Part shown: piece by piece, positions 20,561-30,752 of the stretch | Layout of the letters: the number at the start of each line of letters is the position of its first letter | Numbering within the stretch: the first letter of the stretch is position 1 | From: Candidatus Babeliales bacterium | GTDB lineage: Bacteria; Babelota; Babeliae; Babelales; JANWKD01 | DNA: 64,000 nucleotides | Reading direction: 5' to 3' | Assembly (NCBI GenBank): GCA_963722075.1 | Contig: CAVRJM010000001.1 | Location: 832,001-896,000 of the forward strand | Notes under the pieces: model-generated | The model's database searches: none | Seen by the model: the letters and a program-made list of their open reading frames with translations, nothing else | What the model was told of the DNA's origin: nothing | Made by a program: the position numbers and the translations under genes

Positions 20561-22153
20561 TTAAATATCGACGGTAAATCGAACCGATACAGTAAAATCT
20601 TTTCCGATGCCACTATTTAAAACCGTATAATCGCCATAACCGGTTAAATACCAATCAAACCAACGCCCGTGCTTATAATAATTTACTGAACTAAACAATT
20701 TATTTTGAAATGCACCAGGTCTGGTTGCAATATCAGTTCGTATATTAGCAATTACCAAAGGATCGGCCTTAATTCTGCCTAACTGTTCTTTATCTTGCCA
20801 CCATAAATCATATCCCAGACCAAATTGCCATGTATCACCAAAATTACCAATAATTTCAGTACAAAATTTTACTATGAACCCCGGGTAAACATCAGTTGAA
20901 AACACCATAGGAATAAAGGTATTAATTAACTGTTCATTTAAAAAAGCAAGCTTGGCAGGTGCTTGAGCCGGATCTGCTCCTTCAGCAGTTGTATACGGCT
21001 CAAAAGCATTAAATTGTTGCGCAAATTTTTTCGTTATATAAAAACGCTTTTCATATGCTGGAAACAAATATTCTACCGCACCGCGCGTTACTATTTCAAA
21101 ACGATCATTAAGGGGTAAATAATTTTCAAAAAATGGCGCTAATCCTACATGTCCGCTATTGCCCATATGAACTTGAATCAAATTTGCCGACAGTTTATCA
21201 ATGACTGAAGAAACAAAAGCAATCGACATTTCTTTAACCGCCTCTAAATCAGGCGGTGTACCAAAGGCAAGTTGAAAGAGTTCTAATAAATCAAAGGGTG
21301 CCGCAATTGAATTAGCAGGGAAATTACTTCCTCTTAACCCTCGTACAAAAGCAACGCCGGTAGGCAAGGTCATGTCTAAACCGATATTGAGCTGAAAATT
21401 CTCTTGATCAATTACAAATAAACCAGCTGATAGCCGCGTATCGCCTAAACCAATAGCGTCGCTAATAAAATGCTGATCAATTTCGTCTTGATCGGTACTG
21501 CCTGAATTATCTTCATCAAAAAGAATCGAATTTTCCAACATCTCTTTTTCTTCGGGAGTTAAAAAAAAGTTCCGTTCATTATAATACAAGGGGGTTCTAA
21601 TCTCCAGATTCCATCCATCAATACCGGCATAAAAAGCATCAAACATAAAACCAGTTCGCCGTTCTTGCATCCGTAACATACTAAATAGCTGAATTGCATC
21701 AGGAAGTTGTATGCCAAAATCAGTAAGATCAATATCACCAATAATATTATCGGTAGATAAATTCCAGTATGAAGATAAAAATTTACCTTCTTTAGTATAG
21801 TAATCCTCAGAAGTTTGGTTATAAAAAAACCAACTAGTAACCTCTAAACCCCAACAAGGCAACGTATAATCATGTAAAAAATTAAATGGATAATCGAGCA
21901 AGGATCGTCTTCGCCGATTACCAGGGAACGTAAACATATACAAATCATTTTGCAGGCGATCCTGCAATAAAAGTGGTGGGGACGCAATAAGATCAAGTAC
22001 ATCTTGAGGAGTTATACTCGCCGCATTTCTTTCAATAAAATGCCAATCATCATTATCAGCTAATGCATCTAATTCATCAAATTCAAATCCAGATAGAGGT
22101 AACGTAATAATAAAAACAATAAGGTAAATAAGGGGATATGTAATATTCTTCAT
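20561..22153 (-). CDS. Exported hypothetical protein, possibly outer-membrane beta-barrel
   Basis: Signal peptide; alternating aromatic beta-strand patterns; ends ...FTVSVRFTVDI. Confidence 0.6.
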   Translation of the reverse strand: MKNITYPLIYLIVFIITLPLSGFEFDELDALADNDDWHFIERNAASITPQDVLDLIASPPLLLQDRLQNDLYMFTFPGNRRRRSLLDYPFNFLHDYTLPCWGLEVTSWFFYNQTSEDYYTKEGKFLSSYWNLSTDNIIGDIDLTDFGIQLPDAIQLFSMLRMQERRTGFMFDAFYAGIDGWNLEIRTPLYYNERNFFLTPEEKEMLENSILFDEDNSGSTDQDEIDQHFISDAIGLGDTRLSAGLFVIDQENFQLNIGLDMTLPTGVAFVRGLRGSNFPANSIAAPFDLLELFQLAFGTPPDLEAVKEMSIAFVSSVIDKLSANLIQVHMGNSGHVGLAPFFENYLPLNDRFEIVTRGAVEYLFPAYEKRFYITKKFAQQFNAFEPYTTAEGADPAQAPAKLAFLNEQLINTFIPMVFSTDVYPGFIVKFCTEIIGNFGDTWQFGLGYDLWWQDKEQLGRIKADPLVIANIRTDIATRPGAFQNKLFSSVNYYKHGRWFDWYLTGYGDYTVLNSGIGKDFTVSVRFTVDI

Positions 22154-22336
22154 TATACTTATAATAGTAGGCTCTCATTAATCTTTTTTAAAAACAGACT
22201 CATCCTACCCTAAATTTTTTAAGCTGACAAAGCCTTTTAAGCAATGTTTTACCATTAGCTTTTTTAAAATAAACTCATTAAACTTAAAAAAACCTTATGG
22301 GATAAAAGATTTTTTACTATTGGAGTAACCCCTTGT

Positions 22337-23059
22337 ATGCACAATCAAACAAAAAAATATCGTCGTATTATTGTTGAAGGAAATGTAGGGGCAGGTAAAT
22401 CTACCTTTTTACGGTTATTACAAAACACCTTCTGGGCTCATTTTATTCTTGAACCGCATGAAGAATGGCAAAATGTAGGCGGTCATAACCTTCTTCAAGA
22501 ATTTTATACCAATCAAACGCGCTGGGCTTATACCTTTCAATCATATGCTTTCATAACTCGTATGCGCGCCGAAGAAGAAAATATAAGGAATAACCCTCAT
22601 GAGACTTATATCCTAGAACGATCGGTATTTTCAGATCGTTATTGCTTTGCCAAAAACTGTTTTGAGATGGGTGTTATTAGTTCGCTGGAATGGCGTTTAT
22701 ATCAGGAATGGTTTTCTTGGCTCATTGAAAGCCAATATTACCTACCCGATGGTTTTATTTACTTACAAACTGATCCAGAGGTATGTTATCAACGAATGAT
22801 TAAAAGAAATCGTTGTGAGGAATCAGCGGTAAGCTTGGAATATCTTACTATGCTCCACCAAAAACATGAAAACTGGCTTGTTAACAAAAAAGATATTCAA
22901 CCTGCTTTAAAAGAGGTCCCCGTCTTAACATTAACGTGCAATGAGGATTTTGAACATAATGCGCAACAACGGGATTACCTTTTTTCAACCATTAGGGAAT
23001 TCTTTAATATCCCTTTATTAGGTGAAAAAAAAGAGATCTTAATGCAACGTACCTTGTAA
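22337..23059 (+). CDS. Deoxynucleoside kinase
   Basis: EGNVGAGKST P-loop, ERSVFSDRYCFA, RMIKRNRCEE lid. Confidence 0.93.
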   Translation: MHNQTKKYRRIIVEGNVGAGKSTFLRLLQNTFWAHFILEPHEEWQNVGGHNLLQEFYTNQTRWAYTFQSYAFITRMRAEEENIRNNPHETYILERSVFSDRYCFAKNCFEMGVISSLEWRLYQEWFSWLIESQYYLPDGFIYLQTDPEVCYQRMIKRNRCEESAVSLEYLTMLHQKHENWLVNKKDIQPALKEVPVLTLTCNEDFEHNAQQRDYLFSTIREFFNIPLLGEKKEILMQRTL

Positions 23060-23136
23060 AAAGAAAGAAAAGAGAGTTACAATAAGCTTTAAGAGTTATT
23101 TTGATTGCTAAAATTGCTAAAGATTAAAGGAACGTT

Positions 23137-23382
23137 ATGGAAGGTATTTATATAGCAAAAGCAGCAGCAGTATTAGGGGCAGCATTTGTGGTAGGTATTG
23201 GCTGTATTGCTCCAGCATATGGTCAGGGTTTGGTAGGATCAGAGGCATGCAAAAATATCGGTAAGTACCCGCAAAGCTCAAAAGATATTCGTGCTACGAT
23301 GATTTTGGCTATGGGTATTATTGAATCTTCTGCCGTTTATGCCTTACTTATTGCGTTATTATTATTGTTTTTAAGATCGTAA
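23137..23382 (+). CDS. atpE: ATP synthase F0 subunit c
   Basis: Two-helix hairpin, glycine motif and ion-binding Glu in IIESSAVY. Confidence 0.92.
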   Translation: MEGIYIAKAAAVLGAAFVVGIGCIAPAYGQGLVGSEACKNIGKYPQSSKDIRATMILAMGIIESSAVYALLIALLLLFLRS

Positions 23383-23404
23383 GTGTTTATATAATGGTCG
23401 GTTA

Positions 23405-23764
23405 ATGAATCCTAATCTTACCTTTTTTGTACAAATAATACATTTTATAATTGCTTATATTATAATAGAGAAATTTTTCCTCAGACCACTGCTACAGCTC
23501 ATTAATAAAGAAAAGCATTATTATGATGAACTTATTAATACAATTCATAAACACCAACAATTACTAAAAGCTAAAGAAGAGTTAAAAATTACTGAGTGGC
23601 GCAATATAAAACATTTCTTTGCTACTATAATCCCTAAACGGATTGCGAAACTTTTTCCTCCTTATAAACAACTAGAAATTCCTCCTATGAATGAAAAGGA
23701 AATGCAGAAAACAGTTCAAGAATTAAAAACATTTTTAATCAAAAGGTTAAGCAATGTTTCCTAA
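23405..23764 (+). CDS. ATP synthase F0 subunit b'-like
   Basis: NLTFFVQIIHF...FFLRPL b-type N-terminus; follows atpE. Confidence 0.7.
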   Translation: MNPNLTFFVQIIHFIIAYIIIEKFFLRPLLQLINKEKHYYDELINTIHKHQQLLKAKEELKITEWRNIKHFFATIIPKRIAKLFPPYKQLEIPPMNEKEMQKTVQELKTFLIKRLSNVS

Positions 23765-24242
23765 CGCATCGGCCATTTTTTTTCAGCTCTTAAATTTTGC
23801 ATCGTTTACTCTTTTTATTGGCTTTTTATTTAAAAAGTATGCATTGCCTTCAATCAGACAACATATCAAAGAAAAAAAGATGCTTATTCATACGCTGGAA
23901 CAGCAAAAACAGGATATTAAATATTTACAAAATAATTTAGAAAGCGCGCTTGAACAACAACACTATATAGCACAAGAATTAACCAAGAAAATCTATTTTT
24001 GGCAATCGCATGTACACCATTGCCAAGAAGAAATACAAAAACAACAGAGGCATATACAAGAACAGATGGCACATAAAAAACATACACAACAACAAGAACT
24101 TCTTTTATACTATTTTAATCTACATGCTATACCACCAATGATTACCGGCGTTGAGGAAGCATTAAAGCAAGAGTTTTCTTCCGTTGACGTTCATACAGAC
24201 TTTTTAAAAAAAATTACTACTTTTATAAAAGAGCACAATTAA
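23754..24242 (+). CDS. atpF: ATP synthase F0 subunit b
   Basis: FQLLNF...KKYALPSI anchor plus coiled coil; operon position. Confidence 0.72.
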   Translation: MFPNASAIFFQLLNFASFTLFIGFLFKKYALPSIRQHIKEKKMLIHTLEQQKQDIKYLQNNLESALEQQHYIAQELTKKIYFWQSHVHHCQEEIQKQQRHIQEQMAHKKHTQQQELLLYYFNLHAIPPMITGVEEALKQEFSSVDVHTDFLKKITTFIKEHN

Positions 24243-24788
24243 ATGAATGGTGTAGAAAATATTCTTGCAAAAAAATATGCAACAGCTTTTTTAAATCTTC
24301 ATATCGATACCATTGATACCAAGCACTATCAGGCATTTAAAAAGGTAAGTTTATATGGCAAAAAAAATGATCGCTTCTTTTTTTTATTACAAACCCCAAC
24401 TATTCCTTTTGAATACAAGCAAAAAGTTTTAAACGCTTTTGTAGAGCAATCTTCGTTACCACCGATTCTTGTTCAGCTTATTGCCTTATTGTTACGGCAA
24501 CAACGCATTATTTTATTACCGCTGATTTTTGAACAAATCGTGAAGCTCTATGAATACCGAAAAAAAATAATGCCATTTACTTTTTTTACCTCATATGCCT
24601 TAACCGAAGATGAACTCACGGCGATCACAATGTTTCTTGAAAAACAGACGCATAATCATATTATTAGTCATCAACAGCTACAACCTTCCTTAATAGCTGG
24701 CATACGTTTGCAAAGTGACTTTTTTTTATGGGAATATTCTATTGCAAAACAAATACGTACGTTACGCAATCAAGTAATAAAAAGGTAA
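24243..24788 (+). CDS. atpH: ATP synthase F1 subunit delta
   Basis: AKKYATAF N-terminus; PSLIAGIRL...WEYSI C-terminus. Confidence 0.88.
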   Translation: MNGVENILAKKYATAFLNLHIDTIDTKHYQAFKKVSLYGKKNDRFFFLLQTPTIPFEYKQKVLNAFVEQSSLPPILVQLIALLLRQQRIILLPLIFEQIVKLYEYRKKIMPFTFFTSYALTEDELTAITMFLEKQTHNHIISHQQLQPSLIAGIRLQSDFFLWEYSIAKQIRTLRNQVIKR

Positions 24789-24794
24789 AAAGAC

Positions 24795-26303
24795 ATGGAA
24801 TTAAAAAGCTCAGATCTTATATCGCTCTTTGAAAAATCATTAATTAATTTATCGCAAGAGAAGCTAGAAGAAACCGGTATTGTCATTCAAGTTGGTGATA
24901 ATATTTGTAAAGTATATGGATTAACTAATGCTATATATGGCGAACTCATTGAATTTGAAAGAGGCAATAAAGGCATTATATTTAGCCTTGAAGAAGATTA
25001 TGTAGCCGTTTTTTTACTGTATACCACCATTGGCGTTGTAGAATTAGAAGTAGCCAAAAGAACAGGTAGTACTTTCCAAGCACCCGTCGGTATGAATCTA
25101 CTAGGGCGCGCTCTGAATGCTATCGGTCAACCTATCGATGCACTCGGTGAGTTAAAACCAGAACAATATAAACCTATTGAGGAATTAATTCCCGGTATTA
25201 TTGAACGCAGCCCTATCGATGAACCGTTACAAACGGGTATTTTAGTTATTGATTCATTAGTGCCAATTGGTAAGGGACAACGAGAACTTATTATTGGTAA
25301 TAGAAATACGGGCAAAACCGCCATAGTAATTGACACTATCCTTAATCAAAAAGGTAAAAACGTTTATTGTGTTTATGTTTCTATTGGCCAACGACAAGCA
25401 AATCTGGCACGTATTATTGCAACCCTTGAAGAACATAATGCATTAGAATACAGTATTATCGTAAGTGCTGATGCCAGCGAATCTTCTCTCAATCAATATT
25501 TAGCTCCCTATGTAGGATGCACGATTGCTGAATATTTCCGTGATCAAGGGAAAGATGCCCTAATTATTTATGATGACTTAAGTAATCATGCTATTGCTTA
25601 TCGAGAAATGTCATTATTACTCCGACGCCCACCAGGGCGTGAAGCATATCCTGGCGACGTGTTCTTTTTACATTCACGCCTTTTGGAACGTGCTGGAAAA
25701 CTTACTAACGGCGGTTCTTTAACAGCACTACCAATTGTGCAAATTCAAAGTGATGATATTACCGCTTATATTCCAACCAATCTCATTTCTATCACTGATG
25801 GCCAAATTTTTTTAGATACGCAACTTTTTAATCAAGGTATACGACCTGCCGTAAACGTAGAGCTTTCTGTTTCACGAGTGGGCAGTGCAGCACAAACAAA
25901 AGCAGTTAAAAAAGTTACTAAGTCATTACGATTAGAAATTGCACAATACAATGAACTGTTAGATTTTTCACAATTTGGTACCGAGCTTGATCTTATTGCT
26001 CAAAAAAGACTTTCACGTGGCGCACTTGCCCAAGAGATTTTGAAACAACCACAGTTCGCTCATTACTCATTTGTGGATGAAACCATCATCCTCTTTTTAT
26101 TAAAAGAAAATTTTCTACATGATATTTCGCCCAAAGATGTACATGAATTTATTACGCAATGCATCAGTTATATACGCAGCGTTTATTCAGATCTTTATGA
26201 TGCTATTACCCAGTCAACTGACCTTAGTGAGCAAAGTAGTAAAAATTTATTTGACGCCGCACAGGAATTTAAGAAGATTTTTGTGCCTTCTGAAGGTAAA
26301 TAA
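24795..26303 (+). CDS. atpA: ATP synthase F1 subunit alpha
   Basis: PIGKGQRELIIGNRNTGKT, RRPPGREAYPGDVF, SITDGQIFL, SVSRVG. Confidence 0.97.
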   Translation: MELKSSDLISLFEKSLINLSQEKLEETGIVIQVGDNICKVYGLTNAIYGELIEFERGNKGIIFSLEEDYVAVFLLYTTIGVVELEVAKRTGSTFQAPVGMNLLGRALNAIGQPIDALGELKPEQYKPIEELIPGIIERSPIDEPLQTGILVIDSLVPIGKGQRELIIGNRNTGKTAIVIDTILNQKGKNVYCVYVSIGQRQANLARIIATLEEHNALEYSIIVSADASESSLNQYLAPYVGCTIAEYFRDQGKDALIIYDDLSNHAIAYREMSLLLRRPPGREAYPGDVFFLHSRLLERAGKLTNGGSLTALPIVQIQSDDITAYIPTNLISITDGQIFLDTQLFNQGIRPAVNVELSVSRVGSAAQTKAVKKVTKSLRLEIAQYNELLDFSQFGTELDLIAQKRLSRGALAQEILKQPQFAHYSFVDETIILFLLKENFLHDISPKDVHEFITQCISYIRSVYSDLYDAITQSTDLSEQSSKNLFDAAQEFKKIFVPSEGK

Positions 26304-26327
26304 ATTATAAGGAATCAATATTCTTAA

Positions 26328-26412
26328 TGGACCTTACGCTAACGCTCAGGATGACATACGATTTGTCATCATGAGAAGTGAAACGACGTAATGATCCAGT
26401 TATAAAATAAAG
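26328..26412. repeat. Palindromic intergenic element (family A)
   Basis: CTCAGGATGACA-TACGATT-TGTCATCATGAG...GATCCAGTTATAAAATAAAG. Confidence 0.65.
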
Positions 26413-26434
26413 TCAAATTTCTATAAATAACTTA

Positions 26435-27307
26435 TCATTCTAAATACGTTGCCAGTCGCTTCTTCCATCCAGGCCAAAATTTCTCTTCTTGTCGCTCTTG
26501 GGGAGCATTTTCAATACGGCGTTTGAGCACCAATTCTGCTGCCTGAACAAAATCTTGAATTGCAGTATCAGCGTCGCTCCCCTCCATCTCTTGTAGCACA
26601 TCTGATAATCCCCAGCCATAATTTCCATATTCTTCTTGTGGTCCCCCAATTCCTTTAAATGAAGTGTAATCCATTACAATTGATAAACCTGTTGGTAATT
26701 GCATAAGTCGTTGAAACTGAGTACAAAACTGTTCATGGTCATCACCCGCTAATCCCTTACCTTTTTGTCTCACCGCATAAGAAAATTCTTTAACAATAAA
26801 ACATAATTGCAAATCGATAGTATCTTTCAGAAAGGCGCGTAATGTTTCCATACGTTCTTTATGAAAATCCTCATAAAAAGCCTCCCGTTTATCCCAGGGG
26901 CATATCTCTTTATCAAATCTAAGAACGTCATCTATTTTTTTCTTATATTTTTTTTCTAAGAACTGTAAAAGAAGCGGAAAGCGTTGATGGGTAAATGAAA
27001 GTGATACATGTTGAGGAAACCAAATAAAATGGCCAATGCCCATTGATGGAAATTCTTCTTTTGCATTCCAAAAGGTCAAATTCTCATACTTACCGCCACA
27101 TTCATTGTGCCACAACCGTGCTGCTAATGCTTTTATATGATCAACGGTAATAGTACCCGTCATATTTTGAATGCGACATATTTGCTTATATGTTTTTAAA
27201 AAAGTATCGATCTGATCAGTCTGAAATATGAGTTCTTCCACTCGTTCACATGAATATATATTGTTACCAAATACTAGTAAAACAATAATGATTAAACTCT
27301 TCTTCAT
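26435..27307 (-). CDS. Secreted hypothetical protein
   Basis: AAGGA RBS, signal peptide; conserved-looking WNAKEEFPSMGIGHFIW and GWKKRLATY motifs; function not recognised. Confidence 0.7.
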   Translation of the reverse strand: MKKSLIIIVLLVFGNNIYSCERVEELIFQTDQIDTFLKTYKQICRIQNMTGTITVDHIKALAARLWHNECGGKYENLTFWNAKEEFPSMGIGHFIWFPQHVSLSFTHQRFPLLLQFLEKKYKKKIDDVLRFDKEICPWDKREAFYEDFHKERMETLRAFLKDTIDLQLCFIVKEFSYAVRQKGKGLAGDDHEQFCTQFQRLMQLPTGLSIVMDYTSFKGIGGPQEEYGNYGWGLSDVLQEMEGSDADTAIQDFVQAAELVLKRRIENAPQERQEEKFWPGWKKRLATYLE

Positions 27308-27441
27308 AGATTTCCTTCACTTTTTGATTTACAACAAGCAACAATATAATAAAGTATTTCATTAAAAACTCAGTAAAAAATATTGAAAAAAAACAATAAT
27401 GATCATTAATCTTTAATAACCACACCCGATATAAAATTAGT

Positions 27442-29154
27442 ATGGAGATCCGTATGCTCAGAAAAATAGTAATTCTTTTTTCTATGATGACTCTTTACGC
27501 AACCAAGCCACCGTTCTTAGAACAGAGCAGTAAATGGGCTCAACAAACAATCGAGTCAATGACGCTTGAACAAAAGATAGGACAATTATTTATAGTTGCA
27601 GCTGCTTCTAATGATGAACAACCCAATGAAAGTTTAGCATCTGCTTTTATCAATTCCCCGTATAACATGGACCCAGAACATGTTATACAGTTAATTAAAG
27701 AATATCATGTCGGCGGCGTTATTTTTCTTTTTAAAAGTGATCCAGAGCGGCAAAATGCCTTATTAACACAGTTTAAAGAAATTGCCTCTATACCATTGCT
27801 TATTGCACAAGATTGCGAATGGGGCCTCAGCATGCGCCTTGATAATGATCCGAGCAAAGTGGTACGTTATCCGCGCAACATGACATTGGGGGCTATAGCA
27901 AATCAAAACCTTATCTATAGACTTGGTAATGAAATTGGTAAACAATGTGCTGCGCTTGGTATACACCTTAATCTGGCTCCTGTCGCCGATGTTAATAATA
28001 ATCCTAAAAATCCAGTAATTCATGACCGATCTTTTGGTGATGACCCACAACGCGTTGCTCAATTAGCAGCACTTTTTGCACAAGGATTACAAGATGCCGG
28101 CATTTTAGCATGTGCTAAACATTTTCCGGGACATGGCGATACCGCTGTTGATTCTCATCTGAGCCTTCCGGTGATACCGCATGATAAAAAAAGGCTCGAG
28201 GAAGTCGAATTACCTCCTTTTAAACAACTTATTAATAAGGGAATCAGTGCTGTTATGACCGGGCATTTATCGGTACCTGCTTTTGATGATACCGTACATC
28301 AATCGGCCACCATGTCATCTGCACTTATTAATCAACAACTCAAAGCGGTGTTAGGATTTAAAGGATTAGTGATCACCGATGGATTAGGCATGCAGGCCAT
28401 TACTGATCATTATAAACCCGGAGAAATTGAGCTAAAAGCACTACGAGCAGGCAATGATATATTATTATGCCCCGTAGATGTGCCACAAGCATTTAAACAC
28501 ATCCTTAATGCAGTACACAATGGAGCTATTACTGAAAGTGATATTAACCAACGGGTATTAAAAATTCTTCAAGCAAAAGAATGGGTACTTAATCAGCACT
28601 CTCAAGATATCACTGATGCCTTATCATATATTGTGCGCCCGCAAGCATACGCATTACAAAAAAAATTATTTAGAAAAGCAATTACCGTAACCAACCATAA
28701 ATTAATACCGCTCCAAGAATCACCTGATTCAACCACGCTTATTCAAATTGGTACGTTACCAGAGGGTTCTTTCATCAAACAATGTACCCACTATGGCAGG
28801 TCCGTTTTTGCCACCTCTCATTCTTTATCAGAGGATAATGAATTAGAGAATTGTTTACTTCAGGCATCCAATGCTGATGTTGCAGTGCTCAGTATTGGCC
28901 AAATGAACAAATTTGTTGATAAAAATTATGGCATTGCAAGCAATGTGCAACTGCTTATTAATAAACTTAAAGATGCGCACAAAAAGGTTGCGGTTATTCT
29001 TTTTGGCACGCCTTACAGCATCAATGTACTTGATAACGTTGATGAATTTATGGTTGTCTATGAAGACGCATCCCCTGCACAAGAGGCCGCTGTTGATATT
29101 TTATTTGGCAACAAAAAGGCACAAGGAATATTACCCATTACCTTAAATAAGTAG
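27442..29154 (+). CDS. GH3 beta-N-acetylhexosaminidase (NagZ-like)
   Basis: KHFPGHGDTAVDSH signature, NLAPVADV, ITDGLGM nucleophile region, C-terminal GH3 domain. Confidence 0.92.
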   Translation: MEIRMLRKIVILFSMMTLYATKPPFLEQSSKWAQQTIESMTLEQKIGQLFIVAAASNDEQPNESLASAFINSPYNMDPEHVIQLIKEYHVGGVIFLFKSDPERQNALLTQFKEIASIPLLIAQDCEWGLSMRLDNDPSKVVRYPRNMTLGAIANQNLIYRLGNEIGKQCAALGIHLNLAPVADVNNNPKNPVIHDRSFGDDPQRVAQLAALFAQGLQDAGILACAKHFPGHGDTAVDSHLSLPVIPHDKKRLEEVELPPFKQLINKGISAVMTGHLSVPAFDDTVHQSATMSSALINQQLKAVLGFKGLVITDGLGMQAITDHYKPGEIELKALRAGNDILLCPVDVPQAFKHILNAVHNGAITESDINQRVLKILQAKEWVLNQHSQDITDALSYIVRPQAYALQKKLFRKAITVTNHKLIPLQESPDSTTLIQIGTLPEGSFIKQCTHYGRSVFATSHSLSEDNELENCLLQASNADVAVLSIGQMNKFVDKNYGIASNVQLLINKLKDAHKKVAVILFGTPYSINVLDNVDEFMVVYEDASPAQEAAVDILFGNKKAQGILPITLNK

Positions 29155-30696
29155 TTGATAATGAAAAATCTTGGCAGAGATGTTAGTACCTTTTCGACGT
29201 TAATAACTAATAATTATGTGTATGTCGATAAAACAGAACATATTTATAATTTATTTGCCACGGGCGATCGCTACCATTTTATTTCACGGCCCCGTAGATT
29301 TGGCAAATCCTTACTTATTTCCACCTTACGAGAACTTTTTTTAGGTAACAAAGAACTTTTTAATAATTTATGGATAGGTTCCAGTGATTATCCCTGGAAC
29401 TGCTATCCAGTTATTCATCTTGATTTTTCTGGCATTGCTCATGCCACACCGCAGGATTTACAACGAAATCTTAATCACCACCTTTTGGTTACTGCTCAGC
29501 AATACGGTATTACGTTAGATGAAACAGAACGAGCTCCTGAAGAAAAATTTGAAGAACTTATTATTAAGTTGAGTAGCACTAATAAAGTAGTAGTATTAAT
29601 TGATGAATACAATTATCCACTCATTTCGCATCTGGGATCAATTCACTTAGCTCAAGAATATGAAACAATATTGAAAAATTTTTATGGCATTCTTAAAGGA
29701 TTAGATTTTTATTTGCATGCAGTTTTCATCGTCGGCGTGAGTAAATTTTCTAAATCATCAATTTTTTCTGGGATTAACAATATTGTTGATATCGGAATGA
29801 GTCCCATTGCAAGCACCTTGCTGGGATTCACCCAAGAAGAAATCAAATATTATTTTAATGAACATATTAAACAATTTGCTACTCAAAAAAATAAAACAGA
29901 AACTGAAATTTTGCATGATATGAAATTGTATAATGGCTATCAATTTAGCGCTACCAAAACGCATTTATATAACCCCTATGCAGTGCTTTATTATCTTAAA
30001 GAGCAAGAACTACGTAACTACTGGTATGAATCTGGCGTACCGCTTTTACTGGTTAATCTTTTATACAAACAACTTGAATCACTCGATGCTATTGGTAAAA
30101 TCGAATTTGACGCGCAAACGCTTGATGTATTTGATAGCAACAATATTCCGCTTATTACGCTCTTGTTTCAAACGGGGTATTTAACAATAAAAAATTATAA
30201 CGCTCAAACAAATAAGTTTATTCTTAATTACCCCAATGACTATATTGCGCATGCATTTAAACAAAATGTTATTGAAGCGCTTGCGCACACCAATGCTATT
30301 ATTGTTGAACAAGCATTAGTACTTATAAAAAAAAGTTTTATTAACAATGATTTAAATCAGTTATGCCAAGCTTTGCAAACCCTATTTGCATATATCCCTC
30401 TGAAACTGCCTACCGATCCGGTATCATATTTCTATTTTATTTTTAAAAACCTTTTTAGTTTACTGAGTGCTGATATTAAGAATGTGGTGTCACATGAAAA
30501 AAATTACATTTCATGCGCTATCGAAACGTATCATTTTTTATATAATGCAAAAGTTTTTTTTAATACGAAGGCACCATTAGATGCATCTTTGAGACCATCT
30601 AAACCTTTTTGCGATTCAAAGAAAGAAATTATTTTCATATTACTATGCACACAAACAGCAGAAGGTATTAAAGTAGAATATAAGATACATACATAA
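29155..30696 (+). CDS. AAA-ATPase-like protein (PF09820 type) with degenerate C-terminal domain
   Basis: YVDKT, SRPRRFGKSL, VVLIDEY, LYNGYQF, LFQTGYLTI motifs. Confidence 0.85.
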   Translation: MIMKNLGRDVSTFSTLITNNYVYVDKTEHIYNLFATGDRYHFISRPRRFGKSLLISTLRELFLGNKELFNNLWIGSSDYPWNCYPVIHLDFSGIAHATPQDLQRNLNHHLLVTAQQYGITLDETERAPEEKFEELIIKLSSTNKVVVLIDEYNYPLISHLGSIHLAQEYETILKNFYGILKGLDFYLHAVFIVGVSKFSKSSIFSGINNIVDIGMSPIASTLLGFTQEEIKYYFNEHIKQFATQKNKTETEILHDMKLYNGYQFSATKTHLYNPYAVLYYLKEQELRNYWYESGVPLLLVNLLYKQLESLDAIGKIEFDAQTLDVFDSNNIPLITLLFQTGYLTIKNYNAQTNKFILNYPNDYIAHAFKQNVIEALAHTNAIIVEQALVLIKKSFINNDLNQLCQALQTLFAYIPLKLPTDPVSYFYFIFKNLFSLLSADIKNVVSHEKNYISCAIETYHFLYNAKVFFNTKAPLDASLRPSKPFCDSKKEIIFILLCTQTAEGIKVEYKIHT

Positions 30697-30752
30697 GTTG
30701 CTTTTATAATTTTCTATTTTTTTGAAAGTATATAAAATATTGCTTAAATATC

